DNA of 48,159 bases, counting the filler, from Dirinaria sp. TL-2023a (taxonomy: Eukaryota), in NCBI GenBank assembly GCA_051941275.1. It is 2 parts of 2 records of this genome, joined end to end, with 100 filler letters (N's around TTAATTAATTAA, not from the genome) between each part and the next. Parts side by side here need not be neighbours in the genome. Positions count along the whole stretch, not along the records: positions 1 to 24,035 come from JAVEBF010000193.1; 1 more part is not named here. One strand, written 5' to 3'. Shown piece by piece: positions 1 to 14,400 of the stretch. The stretch's first letter is position 1. Each line of letters opens with the position of its first letter. A model generated the notes under the pieces. That model had not been told where the DNA came from. It searched no databases and saw only the letters and a program-made list of their open reading frames with translations. The position numbers and the translations under genes were made by a program.

Positions 1-831
1 TGTTTTCTTTGAAAAGGTACCAAGCATGGATAATTTGACTGCGCTTTCTACACGCATTCCAAAGCAACTCGGTTGTCAAGATTAAGGGTACTCTCCCTAA
101 ACTGTTTTTAGTTTGTATTTCACGAAAAGCAGCTCTACCCTTTGTAGCAAAAACATCACATTTGAAACTTAATAATGCATTGATTACCGAATCTGCCTTT
201 CAAAGCCTGTTAAAATGAAACATGCCCCCAGTTGCGTAAGGCATATTCTCCAGTAAACAGGTTCATCTTTTGCTTTTGAGAACTTGGCCCATATATCTGT
301 AGGGTTCATCCAGGGTAGATTTATTACCATGACCGGGGGAGCCAATTGTTTACTCGATAGGCCCTCGTTGATAATCTACGTACTACTAGGTAAGCTATGA
401 AGGTTTCCAGCGGTCCAAGGGGAATTGCTAGCCATCGAGCTGTAGAATACGCCAGAATGCATCTTAAAGCGAACCAGCGAAGCACCTTTCCTACCCGCAG
501 ATGGTTACGTCATGGATCTCCTGGATCTCCCGTCTATATAGCAAGGTAACTGCGACTTTCACGGCTCGACACCATTGCAACTTCTCCCTCCACAACTTTA
601 TCGCATTCTGAGCTTCTCGGACTCAGCTTCCGTTACTGCATACGTCAGACTTTCACGTGCACTGCAATTGCCTCAATTGCTGTGTCTTCCCATCCATCTC
701 GTCCACCATGTCTGTTTCGTCTCACTTTCTCCGATCACTTCGATCAATTCAAACACCACCCGTACAAAGATTCCTAGCTCGGTCTGCTAGACCTACATTC
801 ACATCTCTATACCCCAGAAGCACGGTCCCGA

Positions 832-933
832 GTACGTATCGCTCCTTAGCATCACCGAGCGGGTGGCCATAGCTGCTGGAGAAGACCACCCCAACTTTTC
901 CGTCCTTGCCTTGCTGACAGTGTCTGCTTTCAG
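832..933 (+). other. Putative 5'-UTR intron of the SMP/LEA gene
   Basis: GTACGT donor at 832, GCTGAC branch point at 913-918, pyrimidine tract and CAG acceptor ending at 933, 20 nt before the ATG at 954. Confidence 0.6.
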
Positions 934-953
934 AATACACCGATTTCAGCACA

Positions 954-1496
954 ATGACTTCCAAACAAGCCGCTTCCGATGCTGCTTCTAAAGTCATTTC
1001 CGATACTGCCAAAGCCGAGGGTGGCCCTGCCAAAGGCTCCGCCTCCGCCCAGATGCAGTCTGAAGTTACCCGCGCCCGTAATACCGAACAAGGTGGTTCC
1101 GGTAACCTTGGTGACTCCTCCAACAAGTCTGCCGCAGGGCAGGTGATCTCGGATGTTGCCAAAGCAGAAGGCGGGACTACCAAAGGGAGCACCTCCGCCA
1201 AAATGCAGTCTGAGCTAACCAAATCTCAAAACGTTTCGACTGGTGTGGGAAGCGGCGGCGGTAATTCTGCGGTTGATCCGGCAACACAGAGCCAGATGGA
1301 TAAAGAGGCGAATTTGGCGGAGGCGCAGGATCGTGTGGTGCCAAAAATGGAGAACGACCCCGAACACGTTACGAAGGAGGACGCTAGCCTTCTACGTAGC
1401 CGCGAAACGAGAGCTCATGGAATCACAGAGAAAGGGGGAGTAGCGGCCACTGCCCAGCATCTGGTAGCTGAGAACGAGAAGAAGGGCACTGTTTAA
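954..1496 (+). CDS. SMP (seed maturation protein)/LEA-like hydrophilic stress protein, 180 aa
   Basis: Intronless ORF rich in A/G/S/K/Q with an internal repeat (VISDTAKAEGGPAKGSASAQMQSEVT / VISDVAKAEGGTTKGSTSAKMQSELT). The C-terminal VTKEDASLLRSRETRAHG..EKGGVAATAQ resembles fungal SMP-domain repeats. Confidence 0.75.
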   Translation: MTSKQAASDAASKVISDTAKAEGGPAKGSASAQMQSEVTRARNTEQGGSGNLGDSSNKSAAGQVISDVAKAEGGTTKGSTSAKMQSELTKSQNVSTGVGSGGGNSAVDPATQSQMDKEANLAEAQDRVVPKMENDPEHVTKEDASLLRSRETRAHGITEKGGVAATAQHLVAENEKKGTV

Positions 1497-4400
1497 GAAT
1501 ACGGACTATTGACTCTGTTTACAAGTGACAAGTGCTAGACTTAGTAGGAACCTGTACAATACGGTATGGCTCATTTTCTCTGTATATCGGACGCTATGGC
1601 TGACGCTGGGTAATACCTGCAGTGTGCATTATCGCTCGAGCATGAGGAAAAGCATAGATGGCATAGCGACTTTGCGGGAAAAGTTTACAACATCCTAATG
1701 TAGAATAGATTTAGATTACACTCTCACCTCAATCACAGTCGTCTCCTTGTCTTGCCATGAATACTACTCTACGCCTGAAAATCTACTACTCATATGTCTA
1801 TGGATCCGGCCGTTTCAGTTCCATGCCTTCGCCGAGTTGTTATTCCGTCAGGCGGAAAACCAAGGAAACAGTGCTCGATACGGTTTGAACTCTCGGCATT
1901 GGACTGACGTTTGGAGACGCTATTCGAGATTGCGAGCTATTTATTGGGTCTTGACCCCTACTGCACTTGGAGTATCTATGTCCTAGCATATCCATCTCGT
2001 CCGGATACCACGGCATGTTATTGAACAAAGCTGGCTACTGATGCCTAGGAATCATTGTCAGCCCAGTTGGCTTTGAAGGTTTTTACCTCGAAGAGATGCC
2101 CCGGATGAAGTTTGAGCTCGATTACAGCACGCAAAAACCAGCAACTCAGCCAGCGAGGAATTATCAAGCTGCGATTTTGATCATGCAGCTCTCTCTTCAT
2201 TCGACAACAGCCTAAAGTTCTAAACCAACAATTCAAAAGTTGACGGCCTGGTGATCACTGTCTTTAACCCTTTCCAAACCACATTTATTTACTTTGGTAG
2301 GGTTCTTTGAGCTCTGATGGCCGCCTGCGGTTAAACTTCTGGGTATTGATTCATCTCACAAATTTTACTCTCCTTCCCTCTGATAGGCTTGTTAACTGGC
2401 ATAAAAGTTAAGAAGGCTATTCAAGGTTAAAGTATTGGAACCGCAAATTTTTGACTTGCGGTCGTTCAGTATACCTCGCGAGGCCTGTTCCTATTACAAC
2501 GCTACCCGACCTAATGAGGCTCGAATTACGATAAATGGAGCTGCCGAAGGATTGATAGGATGGCGCTGGTAACAAGAAGTCTTAGCTCTGGTGTACTAAG
2601 CTTAATATGCGGGCAGGCTACAAACCAGCGCCCACTTCTGTCAAATCATGAGTCTTGTCCGCTCAATGCCCAGACTGGTACGAGTACATCCCACTTCGTC
2701 CGAGGATGGAACTAGACGCTGCATTGCTAAGACGAAGGCAACATTCATGGCTTACTCTACTGCTCCTTCCCCTAAGTGGGGCCTTTACTTGCGATCCGTG
2801 TATTTTTGGCCTGGTTCTGTTCCTCAGAAATCTAACCACCTAGTCTTTACCATTGTCCGATCCCCAATCACCCCGTTGTCGTTTTCCAATCTCTGTATTA
2901 TGCTGCTTGTCAGTATGACCGCGTACTTCAGGGTATCCTAGCGTGGTCTGCTGTGCGTACGCCAGCAGAATAGTAGAGATGCTCGGACTGCTGTCTTTCA
3001 GTCTCCTCGCGCTTGATATCTTTTGCGGTTTGCAGAGAGATATACATACTAGAAGCGCCAAGTCTCATTCACAAGTGTCTGGATTCTTCTGCAATCTAGC
3101 GTATATTTCCCTTTTCGAAACCTTCTCAGCGTGTCTACATATGTTCAATATGTCTGTTGGCAGGAGCTTCTCAATCTCGCCGCATGGATCTATGAAACCT
3201 ATTACCGAGCAGACAATCGACATCCCGGCCCGCTGTTTCAAGTCTGGCATGCATTGCATATAAACATTTCGGCTGCACGGAGCTGAATCCCGCAGAATTA
3301 TCGTACTGTACAACTTCTAGCGATCCCTGTACACGCAGAAGCGACGATTTGCTCATCGCACAGACCCGATTTCCGCAATGCCCCATTAAGTTTTCCCGGA
3401 GTCGAGTTCGTGTTTGGCTACTAACTGCTTCAAGATCATGTCTTCCGTCTTATCATGACTTTTATGCCTTCCTATCTTGCCATCACCCGTACGCGGGCAA
3501 CGGCTCCGGAACTACGCATTGGCAGGTTCGAGTCCTAATGTCGACGCTAGCGTTTTGCTACATGAGGGGAACAAGGGGCGGCGAGATTGGCCACTACGAT
3601 ACCAATACGTGCATTCTCCTCAATGCCAAAGACGCGAGTCTCAGTCAGCACGCGAGAAATTACCGTTACCATGTTGTCGGTAAGCAACTTCTTTTTGTCA
3701 TCTCCCTGATTGGAATTTTGTGGGGGGAGCTAATGTTGGTCTGGAAAGATCTCTTTAGCGAGTGCACCCGATCCCCAACCGTACCGATAGCGGGTAATCA
3801 GCTGCCAGACCGACAGTTACAGCGCCCCGGATCTCCACAGGCTTGGAACCGGAAAATGGGTCTAATGCGTTGAGAATCACCGTGGTACCGATTTGACGAT
3901 ATGCAAGGCATGACCTAATTTAGGTTCCAGCAAGACATCAAGGGTGGTATTCGTCGGTATTGCATTGGAAGGTGGATGCTCCCTTCTTCTAAGGGCGACT
4001 GCTGCCAGACCCTGTGCATGACGTACCCTTGTCTCAAAGCCCGGTATGTGTATGAGGCTAGAGCGATCTCACGATGTTGTCGATGTTGGGATACGCTTGT
4101 GATGTAGGCTTCATTGTTCCGTAGCAGGATGTTCCTCGTCGCCCGTTATAATTTGATCGTCGTATGGTATTTGCTGGTGAACCGCTACTGTCAGAATGAC
4201 GTTTAAAATAGCGGCAATTACGTGGCGGATCCCAGTATGGTTGAGGTGGTGCTCAAGTCATATTAGATGATCTTTGAGGTTTGGAATATGGGCTTCGTAG
4301 ACGAGTTCTTGCGAGTGATTTGAGACTCTATGTCCTACACTGGAGTCACGCCCAACCCAGTTGGGAATTCTTGGACGGCTGAGGGCACTGGAATTGAATG

Positions 4401-5543
4401 GCCAAGTCCACCCAATTTAGAAGAAGTCTCGCTGGGTCTTCCGGAACATAGACTACCTTTGATAATGTATTGGGTGGTTTTCTTGGGGAAGGGGGAAATC
4501 ATCGAAGGCTTTTTGAGGAGTGTGAGCAAGCGGGCTTTGGATGAATGATAGGCTATTCTGTGTAAGCAGTGGTGGGAAGGGCTGCAATAGTACTATAGGA
4601 AAACGCGTGGTGTGTGTGGAGATGAATAAAAAAGCGATGGGTTTGAGTGTGTAGTTGGAACTAGGAGATAGCAAATAATAATAGCAGGTGCTGGAGATGT
4701 GGGCCTGGCTGGAGGCATCGAACGCATGGTCGTTGCGGGACTTATCATGGCGCTGGAGGAGATGGAGACAATATTACCAGTCTCCTTGGGCCTGGTCCTG
4801 ACAGGCCTGTTTGTGTACAGAATCCTGTAAGGCAACGGCCTCTTGGGTCTCTACTGTAAGCACGGGGTGCACGGAGTCTTGAGAATACTGTTGTCGCTGC
4901 CCTGGACCAAGAGCAGTATTGTTGTTAGAGTAGTATCGCTGCTTGGGCAGTTGAATCTGAAATTTTCAGTCATCGCCGAGCCGAGATGGTAGCAAGAAAG
5001 GATGCAATGAAAACCCGAGCCCCAAAAAATCGCAAATGAATAATACAACGTAGATCCAACTTATGAGTTTTGTCTAAACTGATTAGACCACCGCATATAA
5101 AATACTAATGTGTGCTATGTATATAATCCACGGATAAGCAGACAACCGCAAGAAAGTGCCAATAAAAGTCTAACGGGAGATTCTGGTGAGATTAGGATGA
5201 AGAGTCCTCATACACTGATTTGAACAAGATGAAGGTGGTAACTTATAGGCTTAGGAAATAGCCTTGACAAAGCCTTAAGCTAGCAAACCTCAACCGGAAG
5301 CTGGTCCGAATAACGTGTAACGCTGGAACGATAAGATGTGAAATGACTCGGAGGTCTGACTAGTATATGCTAGATCCGTGGAATGGAGTAGCGGGAACCC
5401 ACACATATCAAACACTTAAACCGGCAGGATGAAGATCGAGAATTGCTGAGGCACATCAGTACAGAAGCGTAGCAAGATCTAGATCCAAAGTTTGCTCACT
5501 TGTAAGTCCAAGACAAAGATCCCCATATCTAGTGGTCCAAGCT

Positions 5544-8444
5544 TTAGAGTAGACGGTCCAGTTCTTCCTCCTCGAAAACCTCCCGCTCTTGTATGTAGGT
5601 AATAAGTCTAGGATCACAATCCTTCCTGAACTTACCATGTGTCGTAAATATGTCCGGTGCGGCGCCGTAGCGTTTGCGGCCACCAAAACGCCTCGCGATA
5701 TAGATTATTCTATCCCATTTCTTGTAAAGATCCACGTGGTAGCCCTGTTGCTCTGCACCCCGAGCGGCAATCTCCCTTCTTACGGTCTCTGTGACTAAAC
5801 GGGCAAGGTCTGGGCAGCCGTTGAAGATACCCGATCTATCAGCATTCTCTCGGCCACCGGGTCGGCTGTCAGACTGTCCAGCCACGCTACGTTGATTAGG
5901 GTAGGAGACCGGAAGATCAACGCTGACAAGCTGCAAGGGTCTTGTAGACGTCATGAGCCTAGAGTTCTTCAAGTTGGCTTGTGGCCCACTTGATGGAGGA
6001 AGTGAAGAATTTCCAGGGGAATCCTGTGACCCGATTTCCGCGGCAGGCTTAGGAGTAGGCGGGAGAGATGATAGCCCATCGCTGCTGTCAGTTCGCTCAG
6101 ACGAAGATTCCTCGACATAGGTCGCATCGTCTGTAGCCTCCACATTTTCTGTTTCGTACACGGCGTTTTCATCATCGTCGATACCCATATAAACCATGCC
6201 GGCAGGAATGTCGGACCGATTAATCAAGGCGGAAGAGGCTATTTCAGACCGTTCCAAGCGATCAACCTCCCTTGACGGCTTGCAAAACAATGTTGCTGTG
6301 GCCGATTGCTCTGCTAACGCGTGTTGATGACCGGCAAAATTAGAACCATTTACACTCTCCCTGGAAGCGGAGCCATCACTGTTCTCTGAAAGGCTCTCAG
6401 GCAACGGGCTGGAATAAGAAGAAGACGACGCAGGCTGGGTTGATGGAGGTGCCTTATCGCACTTAGCTTCCTTCGGCTTCATCTTCTTGCGGCTCTTGGG
6501 TAGTGACTTCAGATGAGGTAGCTCTTGATTTGCCGAAGTGTGCTTGCGGCCATAAAAGGTTGACGGGAAGATGCTAGACATCATGCGTTCGGTATGCCTA
6601 GGTTGAGACAACGATGACGGTGGCGATAGAGCTCCCGACATCCAGGCGCCATAGGATTCGCTACTGTCAGCTTGCAAGGCGGTAGCAGTGGCGGATGACG
6701 ATGGCAACTGAGTGCACTCGCACCCCACGGATAGATGAACCTCCCGGTCCTGAAGCATCGATACATCCCTCATTCCAGGCCTGTGATCAAATCCGCCTCG
6801 TTTCTTTGGGCTCTTTAGGCTCTGCGTATTGATCACGACATCCAAAGACTGTGCTCCTGCTACGGAAGCTGTCTGCGGTCCTGAGCCCCTCACACTAATA
6901 CCAGTGCTCGGCGAGATTGTGGGCTTACTCTGCTTTGGAACCCGAATCTCAAAGTTGGGCCGGCGGCGTTTCGACCCAAGGTACGGGTCACGAATACGAT
7001 CCTGGCCATGCTCAACACGCCTAACATCCTTTCCAGATGCCGTTTGTATGGGAGCATCTACGTCTTCTTCTGCACCTTGCTTCCTGACATGAGTTGCGTT
7101 CATGTTAGCATCCGAAGACTTCAAGGCATTAGGAGCATTTTGAGACGTAGAACTGAGACTAGTTAAGGTGGAATTCACTGGATTTTCCATCGTCCGACCA
7201 CCTATTGATGGAGCATAGGAGGCATGTCGATCACCAGCATCGACAGATTGGCTCTGGGGACTTGCTGAAGCAACGCCAGCCCCCTTTTCAGGCTTACTGC
7301 CGCTGTTTGACCTACTAATGCGGAAACGTTGTGGACGGTGGCTTTTCTTCTTGGGCATTTTTGGTGATCTGCTTGTCCACGAATGCGCATGAGTGTCCAA
7401 ATGCAAAGCTGGAATATCATTCGCTCTGACCTGTTTTGAATAGACAAGTTAGCATCGAATAATGGACTTTGTAGCTGGAATGTACGTTTCGTGGCCATGC
7501 CGCATTGACGGAGGTTTCTTGGAAGGGACCTTGCTCACCACTTGTTTGCCCTTTTGGTTAGTAAGATCAATGACATTCTTGGGAAAGTCTTCCCTCCTAT
7601 TCTGAAAGCCAATGCTGTGGTGAGGCCGTGTTGAGTCACCTCCAGGGGGGCCTGATGGACGCCTGGGCGGTGGCTCTGTGAAAGCCCTACAGCTAGGCTC
7701 TGGGAAATCTTGAGACCTGGGTCTCGGAGCGACGTAGCCGGCACGTCTTGAGAAGGGACTAAAATATTGTCCGATGCCCATATGTCTCACTACTCGAGAA
7801 AACTTCTTTTTGCCTAAGGTGACAAATAGATTGCTCATAATAGAGGAGATGTACTCATACTCGTCCACCTCTAAGACGCCCGAGATCTCTAGTCTTTCGT
7901 CTCGCAGAAATCTCTTGATTCTGCCTATGGTAGCCTTACCTTGAGGCTGTTGAGAAACAAAGCGTTCCAGCTGTTCCACAACCTGTATACTACTAGTGGG
8001 GCTGCGATTACGACGGATGACAACGTCGTCCTGTCGCTCTGCTTTTATTGGCGAGGATGCGAGTGTCGGCGACTGATCAGTCATTACTGGACTTGAAAGT
8101 TCCCTTTCACATGCTAAATCAGAGTCAGTGCTACATAGGTCTGGCAATGTGGAGGGAGCATTACCACCGGGACCCTGATGTCGTGTCTTGCGATGACTCC
8201 CATTGAGCAGATTTTCGGGCGCTGGCTGACCCTGGGTAGGAGTAGGGGATTTCTCTATGGAATGCACGGTCTTGTTTTCATTCAACGGCTGCTGTCTCCG
8301 GCCAAATGCCTGTGCTCGGGTGGGAGGAAACACGCTATTCATCGCCAGATTGACTCGCCCATTGATGGACAAAGTCTCCCCATTTCTTGCCTTGGGTGAT
8401 TTCTTCCCTCTCCATCTTTCCTTATGACCCTGTGCGGCGGACAT
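5544..8444 (-). CDS. Hypothetical low-complexity (S/P/R/K-rich) protein, ~930 aa; exons 8444-7539 and 7430-5544
   Basis: Two long ORFs (331 and 620 aa) are joined in frame by a 108-nt intron 7538-7431 (GTGAGC donor, GCTAAC branch, AAACAG acceptor). The junction reads KGKQV|VRANDIPALHLDTH. No family recognised. Confidence 0.7.
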
Positions 8445-11400
8445 GTTGGTGTTTTACTCGATAGACTTGGACCAAGCAATTGTGTCCAGCCCAAGCGCGG
8501 GTATGCCTTGTTACCCGCGGTACTATTATCCTACTTCAACTTCGAAAGAGCCTATAAATCCGGGTATTAGCACTGGTTTATTATGCTCGATGCTCGACGG
8601 ACACATACCGGCCTTCTTGACCGAGCTACGGTGAGTCGGAGCGAAATGCTGGTAGAGCAAGATTGAGAAGTAGGAAGACTAAAGATAGAGGCTCGGTAGG
8701 TGTGTAAGCACTGCTAAAAGCCTGGGGAAGACAGAGACAGTTGCAATTATGTGCAGTGTATTTTCAATGTCGGTGATGTTATGAGCAGCTGTGACGCGTC
8801 GCAAGCAGAGATTGAACGCGTTCGCGCTCGACCTTGTTGGCAGATGATGACTTGCAAAGCCTCGAGAAACTTGCGTGAAGCAGCGCAGCCTTTATTGGTG
8901 CGTGCCAGGATGCCTCCATATCATGCTGTCGATGTTATACAGACTGTGGTGCGCATATACGAGCCTGTAATGTCCTAGCGAGTGCGTCTAACGGCATTTC
9001 TATGTTGATTGACTTCTCGTGCATGCCGACCGCCATGCTTTTTGAAATTGAGCTGGTTTTTGAGGAGGCACCGGTAGATGCTGAGATACTTTCTCTGCAG
9101 TTGAAGGTAGAGGATTAGACAGTCGTGTACAATGACTCGTAGCCTCTGGTCCATCATAGCTTCTTCAATTCTCACCGGTGGGGAGGTTTTGAACGGTCAC
9201 TTTCTATCTCTTAGGCAACGTTGAGGGGTTTGCATCGAGCTTTCCATCACGAGCTTTTCCGAAGAAACATCCTTGACCTAGCAATGCAGGTACGGTACCG
9301 ACATGTCATCTGAGCACTGTGCGATTCCCATGGTTCTGGTTCCGAAGAGTGAAAGGTAACCGCTTCGAGTAAAACCTGGGGGCCGGGGCGATGCTATGAT
9401 GACGTTCTGCGGCCCGCCTGTGGGCTCCCTCTCATCCGGGCTCCGGCTGCGTTTCGTTCAATCGCTTGTGACGAATCAGATGAATGGAACTAATCACGTT
9501 CGGCTGCTACCCGAAGTCCCGATCAACTCGTACTTTTAGTAGTACATATTGCCGAAGCCTCTAAAGGTCAGGTAGCCCAGAGCTAGACTGAAACCTCTAT
9601 TTTCTGCGGCCGGGAAGCGAGCACGAGCGTAGCTGTGGCATGGCTGCGTTCGATGTTCGAATACGCATAACGAGCATCAAATTAGAATTTGATCAACCGG
9701 CTCGAAGCATCCGAATTCTGGAAGATCAGGCCCACGGATTCCAGAGAACAACATTAACAACGTACACCATTGTGTTAGCGCCATTAAGAAATAGGTCTAT
9801 GCCGAATTATTGATCAACCAACAAGCATCCAGCGCAAGCTTTGGAAGCGCATCCCAGTCGGAGGCTAGAAAACCTTGATTGTCATTGGTACGTTATCACC
9901 GCCCACTATCCTGGCCGTCTATTCTTGATGACGAAGCGATTTTGATATATGAATCTGGGGAAGTAAGCTAGATTGCGCCCCTTATTAACAAGAAATTGAA
10001 TGCTGACCATGGCATATCGATGTATTTGATGATAACAAAGCTATTTTAGGATTGCTATAAGTGTTACGGGCTTACATACGCACGAACAAGTCAAGACGCT
10101 GGACATCAAAGCGACATTCAGCACTTACACGACAAATTTGGAAGAGACCACAAGATGCTCGAGTGCGTGCAAAGGAATGATCAATACTCGGTTCTACCAT
10201 CCGAGGATCTAAACTTAACACACGCATGTGTACGCGTCCAGGAAGATAATCCGTAAATTAAGGTACGTAGCATGGTGCAATAGACATCATCAGCAGCTCC
10301 CCACCCTCTTGACCCCTTGGCTTAGCTGAAACTGAAGAGATCTAGAGACAAAGATAATTCGGAGGGAAAAACATAAACCTGGATTAGAGTCTACCAGAGA
10401 ACAAAGCAGATCACTCCTGCTTGGAGCTGTTGCAATCAGCCAAGCATAGGCCGGTGCTATCCCAGTATGCCAATTGAGCACCGCCGAGTTGCCCTTATGC
10501 ATCCAGTCCACCTGTTCTAGACTTTCTATCCTCAATGCTAGTCACGATGCCTGCACACATACTTCATCACGGGCTTTCCAGCAGAAGTTTCATTTGCCAA
10601 ATTTAAAAATAACCTCAGCTAAATCACAGGTTCAAGCAGCTCCATCTGATTGAAGGTGGATACGAACTAGCCGGGTAAAAATCAGTTCTCAAACACTAAG
10701 TAGAGGAGCCAGATTTTCAAGAATGCTTCCTGGTCACGGACAATTCTAGAATGACATAGGTTTGCAACGTTCATTCCAGTAGTCTCAGAGATATTGCTAC
10801 GGGGCATCCAGATCTTAGGTTGTATGACAATGCTCCGGATACTCAAAGAAACACATGTATTGGCTAACAAGTCCAGAATATAAAACGCTCGATATATATG
10901 CGTTTCCCCATATCGAAGCAGTGTGTCTAGCTACCTCTCTGTGGACGAAGGACCTCGCGGTGATCCCATTCTGGCTGACACGGGCTCTCAGGCCTACCAA
11001 TGCTGTCATCGAGTGGTCCTTACGCCCTTTGCTGAGACTTTTCACGACATCTCTAGCGATGTCGCGAAATTCAGGTCATCAAAGCCTTTAGTATACAATA
11101 AGTAACCTCATAGAGGCAATCCTTTAGGTCTGATAGAGTATGCAGTGGTGCCAAGCATCCCTTACACAAGTACTCAGCACCTAGATTATTACCACGCATC
11201 TATATCCTCAAACTATATACATCTTTAATTTCTAACTCATATCATCTGGTTATTCGCCGCGCGTAGACGTTGTTACTAGGAGGAATTTTCTCTGCAAAAT
11301 TAAAGAACACAGGCTTCCGGAAAGCGCCTGCACGTCGAAATTAGTCCCACTATGTAACTTTTAAATGCCAGTACGCAGATCAGGCATCGCCAGGTGCCGT

Positions 11401-14400
11401 AATTATTTCACATTGGCATGGGTTTCGCTGATCAATGCTAATCATGTTGCGTACACATTTGCTTCATCACTCCACTACGTCGCAGGATATTTCAACTCGA
11501 AGTTCTGTTGATGCCTCAGTGAGATGAGCGTTGGTAAAGTGATATGGATTGGATTTTGGGTCTCGTCGGCGCAAAAGGGGACTATCTAGTGCCAAGTGAA
11601 AATTGCCTTGAACTATGCAGCGTCTAGCGCCAACAGCTCCCAAAAACACGAGCACTATGGCTAAAGACGGTCGAGGTTGTTCGACGAGCAGCACAAAGGA
11701 CTCGGTAGCAAACGAGCCAAGCAGCATGCCAGAGGACTCTTGCACTGCAAGAACAGCCTAATAAGTGAGAACTACTAAGCAGACACCACATAAAATCGTT
11801 GTAAAATAAATGAAAACCACAAAACGAAAACCACGTAACAAATAGTAAGAAAATACGTCCCAAGAATCGTGTGATGTGGCCAGGACTTGCTCCACGTCGC
11901 GGTCAACATTACTGATAAGCATCGAATTCCCACGGAGCTAGTGTGCGAATATCTTCATCAGAGGGGCCCCGCAAATGTATCTGTTGCGGCATCGAGTCCA
12001 AAGAACTAACCGGAGTATTAGCCAACTCTGCAGCTCATGAAGATTTTGATATCATGACGACATGTTGCTGCGAGAAGGGCATACGCGATAGTTGAAAAAG
12101 CGTACCTCAGGTGGTGCAGAGAGCGCTTCAAACAGATACCTCAATGCTCTGACCGAACATACACAGTCACATATTGCTGCAATAGGGATAACAGCGCGTT
12201 CAAGCCGTGGGTCGATCTTGACGCCCGGGGTTGAAGTTCCAATTGTGCGGCAGAAGCTTAATCGAGGCTATGGTCACCTGCCATAGTGTGAAAGCCTTCG
12301 ATGCCACATCGGCGAGTGAGTATGTTTTTCCCTAATGCGCAAGAAGCCGGCGAATGTCAAAGGGGAAGGCAGCGTGTGTCTTGGTCTCGTGCCTATTGTT
12401 TGCATGCGATCTGCTAAGTAATCGCATCAGGTTTCCCTTTGTGATACGGATTCTTTCCAGGGTACTCGTCTCGCCGTGTCATCTCCTAATGCCGGCGATA
12501 ATGCGGTTTAAAATCGCGTCTGAAACCACCTCTAGGTGCCTGCTATAGTATCCCGGGTCAACGTGGTGTGATCTTACATCTACTGGGTAGGAAACAGTTG
12601 TCTTCCCTCGCACCTTGCTGGTACCTCATGCCGCTGACTTTGGAGGCATGCTCCGCAGATTATCGGCCCATTCAGTGTTTGGCGCTGGCTTTATTAGGTC
12701 TGATGTCCCCCCTAATCACAGACAGATACGCAGATCTCTCTTCGCCATGCATGCTTGCTCTTCCTTCGTCAGGTAAGGAGTGAGCATTGATGGAAGATGA
12801 TCAACGACTTCATCGCTCGTTGCATGAACATCTCTGTCTACCTTAGCAATTTGTAACAAGTTCTGCATTTGGCTAATAGGCAATCAGGTTTATCAAGAAG
12901 CCATGTTTGCACCATATTGTGTTGCAGCCAGAACCTATTGGGGTGCCACTTCTGTGTCGTAGGCTAGCGGAAGTCGTGTCTCTCTGAGAAAGTTTCATCT
13001 CGTCACATCTAGTAGGTACTGCTTGTTCATACCTATAGTTTCATATTTCTGGCGAGCGATACCACCTGCTCTTAGTGCCGTCGGATTGTGAGCCTGGTTT
13101 CGTTTCTTAAGGGAGAACTTGTCTCTACGAGCGCTGAAGTTTATTGTCAAACCGTCCAGTCAAAGATAACACAGTGTTTGCTAGTTTACGTAGGCCCAAA
13201 AAGCATAGGAACCCATCCAACCGAGACGAATAGCTACTACCACCACCTATATTCTACATAGAGGAGACTTGCCTGCGTCCGCAAATCGTATGAGGACTAT
13301 CATGTGATTGGTCTCAAGTATAACAAGTGCATTTTTTCAAACTGGATGGCAAGAGTAGAGGCGTTATTGTATTCCAAGAAAATTATGCCAGAAGCATGTA
13401 CGGAGCTGTGTAATCATGGCCGCTGGAAGCAGATCAGAATGAGATACTCATGCAGTATCGCTGACAGTAAGCACTACAGAAATGCCAGTGGGTTATGTCA
13501 GAAGAAACCGAGCTCTGGCGTCCCCACGTAGTTGCAGCTGCCGTTTGGAGGAGTCCCATAGAAGATGTTCCTCTTGATGATATCGTGTAATGTTCTTCCT
13601 TTTCCATTCCTGCAAAGCAACTATCATTGCAGGTATGCGTCTATGAGACCATGGTTGTCACCAGTGCGCATGGTCTTAGCGGTTAGCTACCTGATTTTGT
13701 GATCATCTGCCTCAAGGCCCCAACTCAAAATACCGATTGGCCTCTTCTTGATTAATCACTAGGAGACTGATATTATTTAAGTAGAGAAACCCAATGAATG
13801 CCCTAATGTCACCGATCGACAATGAATACATCCATGGTGGGTGTACTTAGTGTCAGCCATTGCAGTCTGAATACTTCCGAGGGTTTATGTTTCCCCCTGT
13901 CTCAAATATCAATATATTCTGTCTTTTTTATGGTATTCTTCCCATATAGATTGATCATAGTTGAGCTATCGATATATACACTGTATCTAATGTGAAGTAT
14001 GAGAAGCAGGGTATGACATCGCGAAACAGTTTGCACCGTACACGGCGCTCGCTGTGGATCTTTGAACCAAACTGGCAAAGAAGTGACCGTAGTGGAAAGA
14101 CGAGTAGTTCGTGATAGCAAAACCGCTTTCTGTAGATCCAAGCAAGGTTTTAAGCGAACGATTACGTGGGTAGGTGACACGATACGGGCAAGCCGCATTT
14201 GATCGATCTAGTATCGTCGTTTATTTCAAGCGACCCTGCAAAATCGACCACCGAATCGATAGTGCAAGCGTTTTCGAGCGTTCGACACTGAGTCTTAGGT
14301 TTCGCAATGCTGGAACCAGCACCTGTTCCTTTCTTCGTCTTATACTTGCGTAGGCCAGTGGGTTCACTCCAAGCGATATAGTTCTTTTTGAGTTGAGTGC

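Noticed and set aside
2600..5050. Several 60-170 aa ORFs and an intron-like GTAAGC...GCTAAT...AG near 3680-3748
   Set aside because: No consistent spliced frame or recognisable motif. Possibly decayed genes, but not supportable from the sequence alone.
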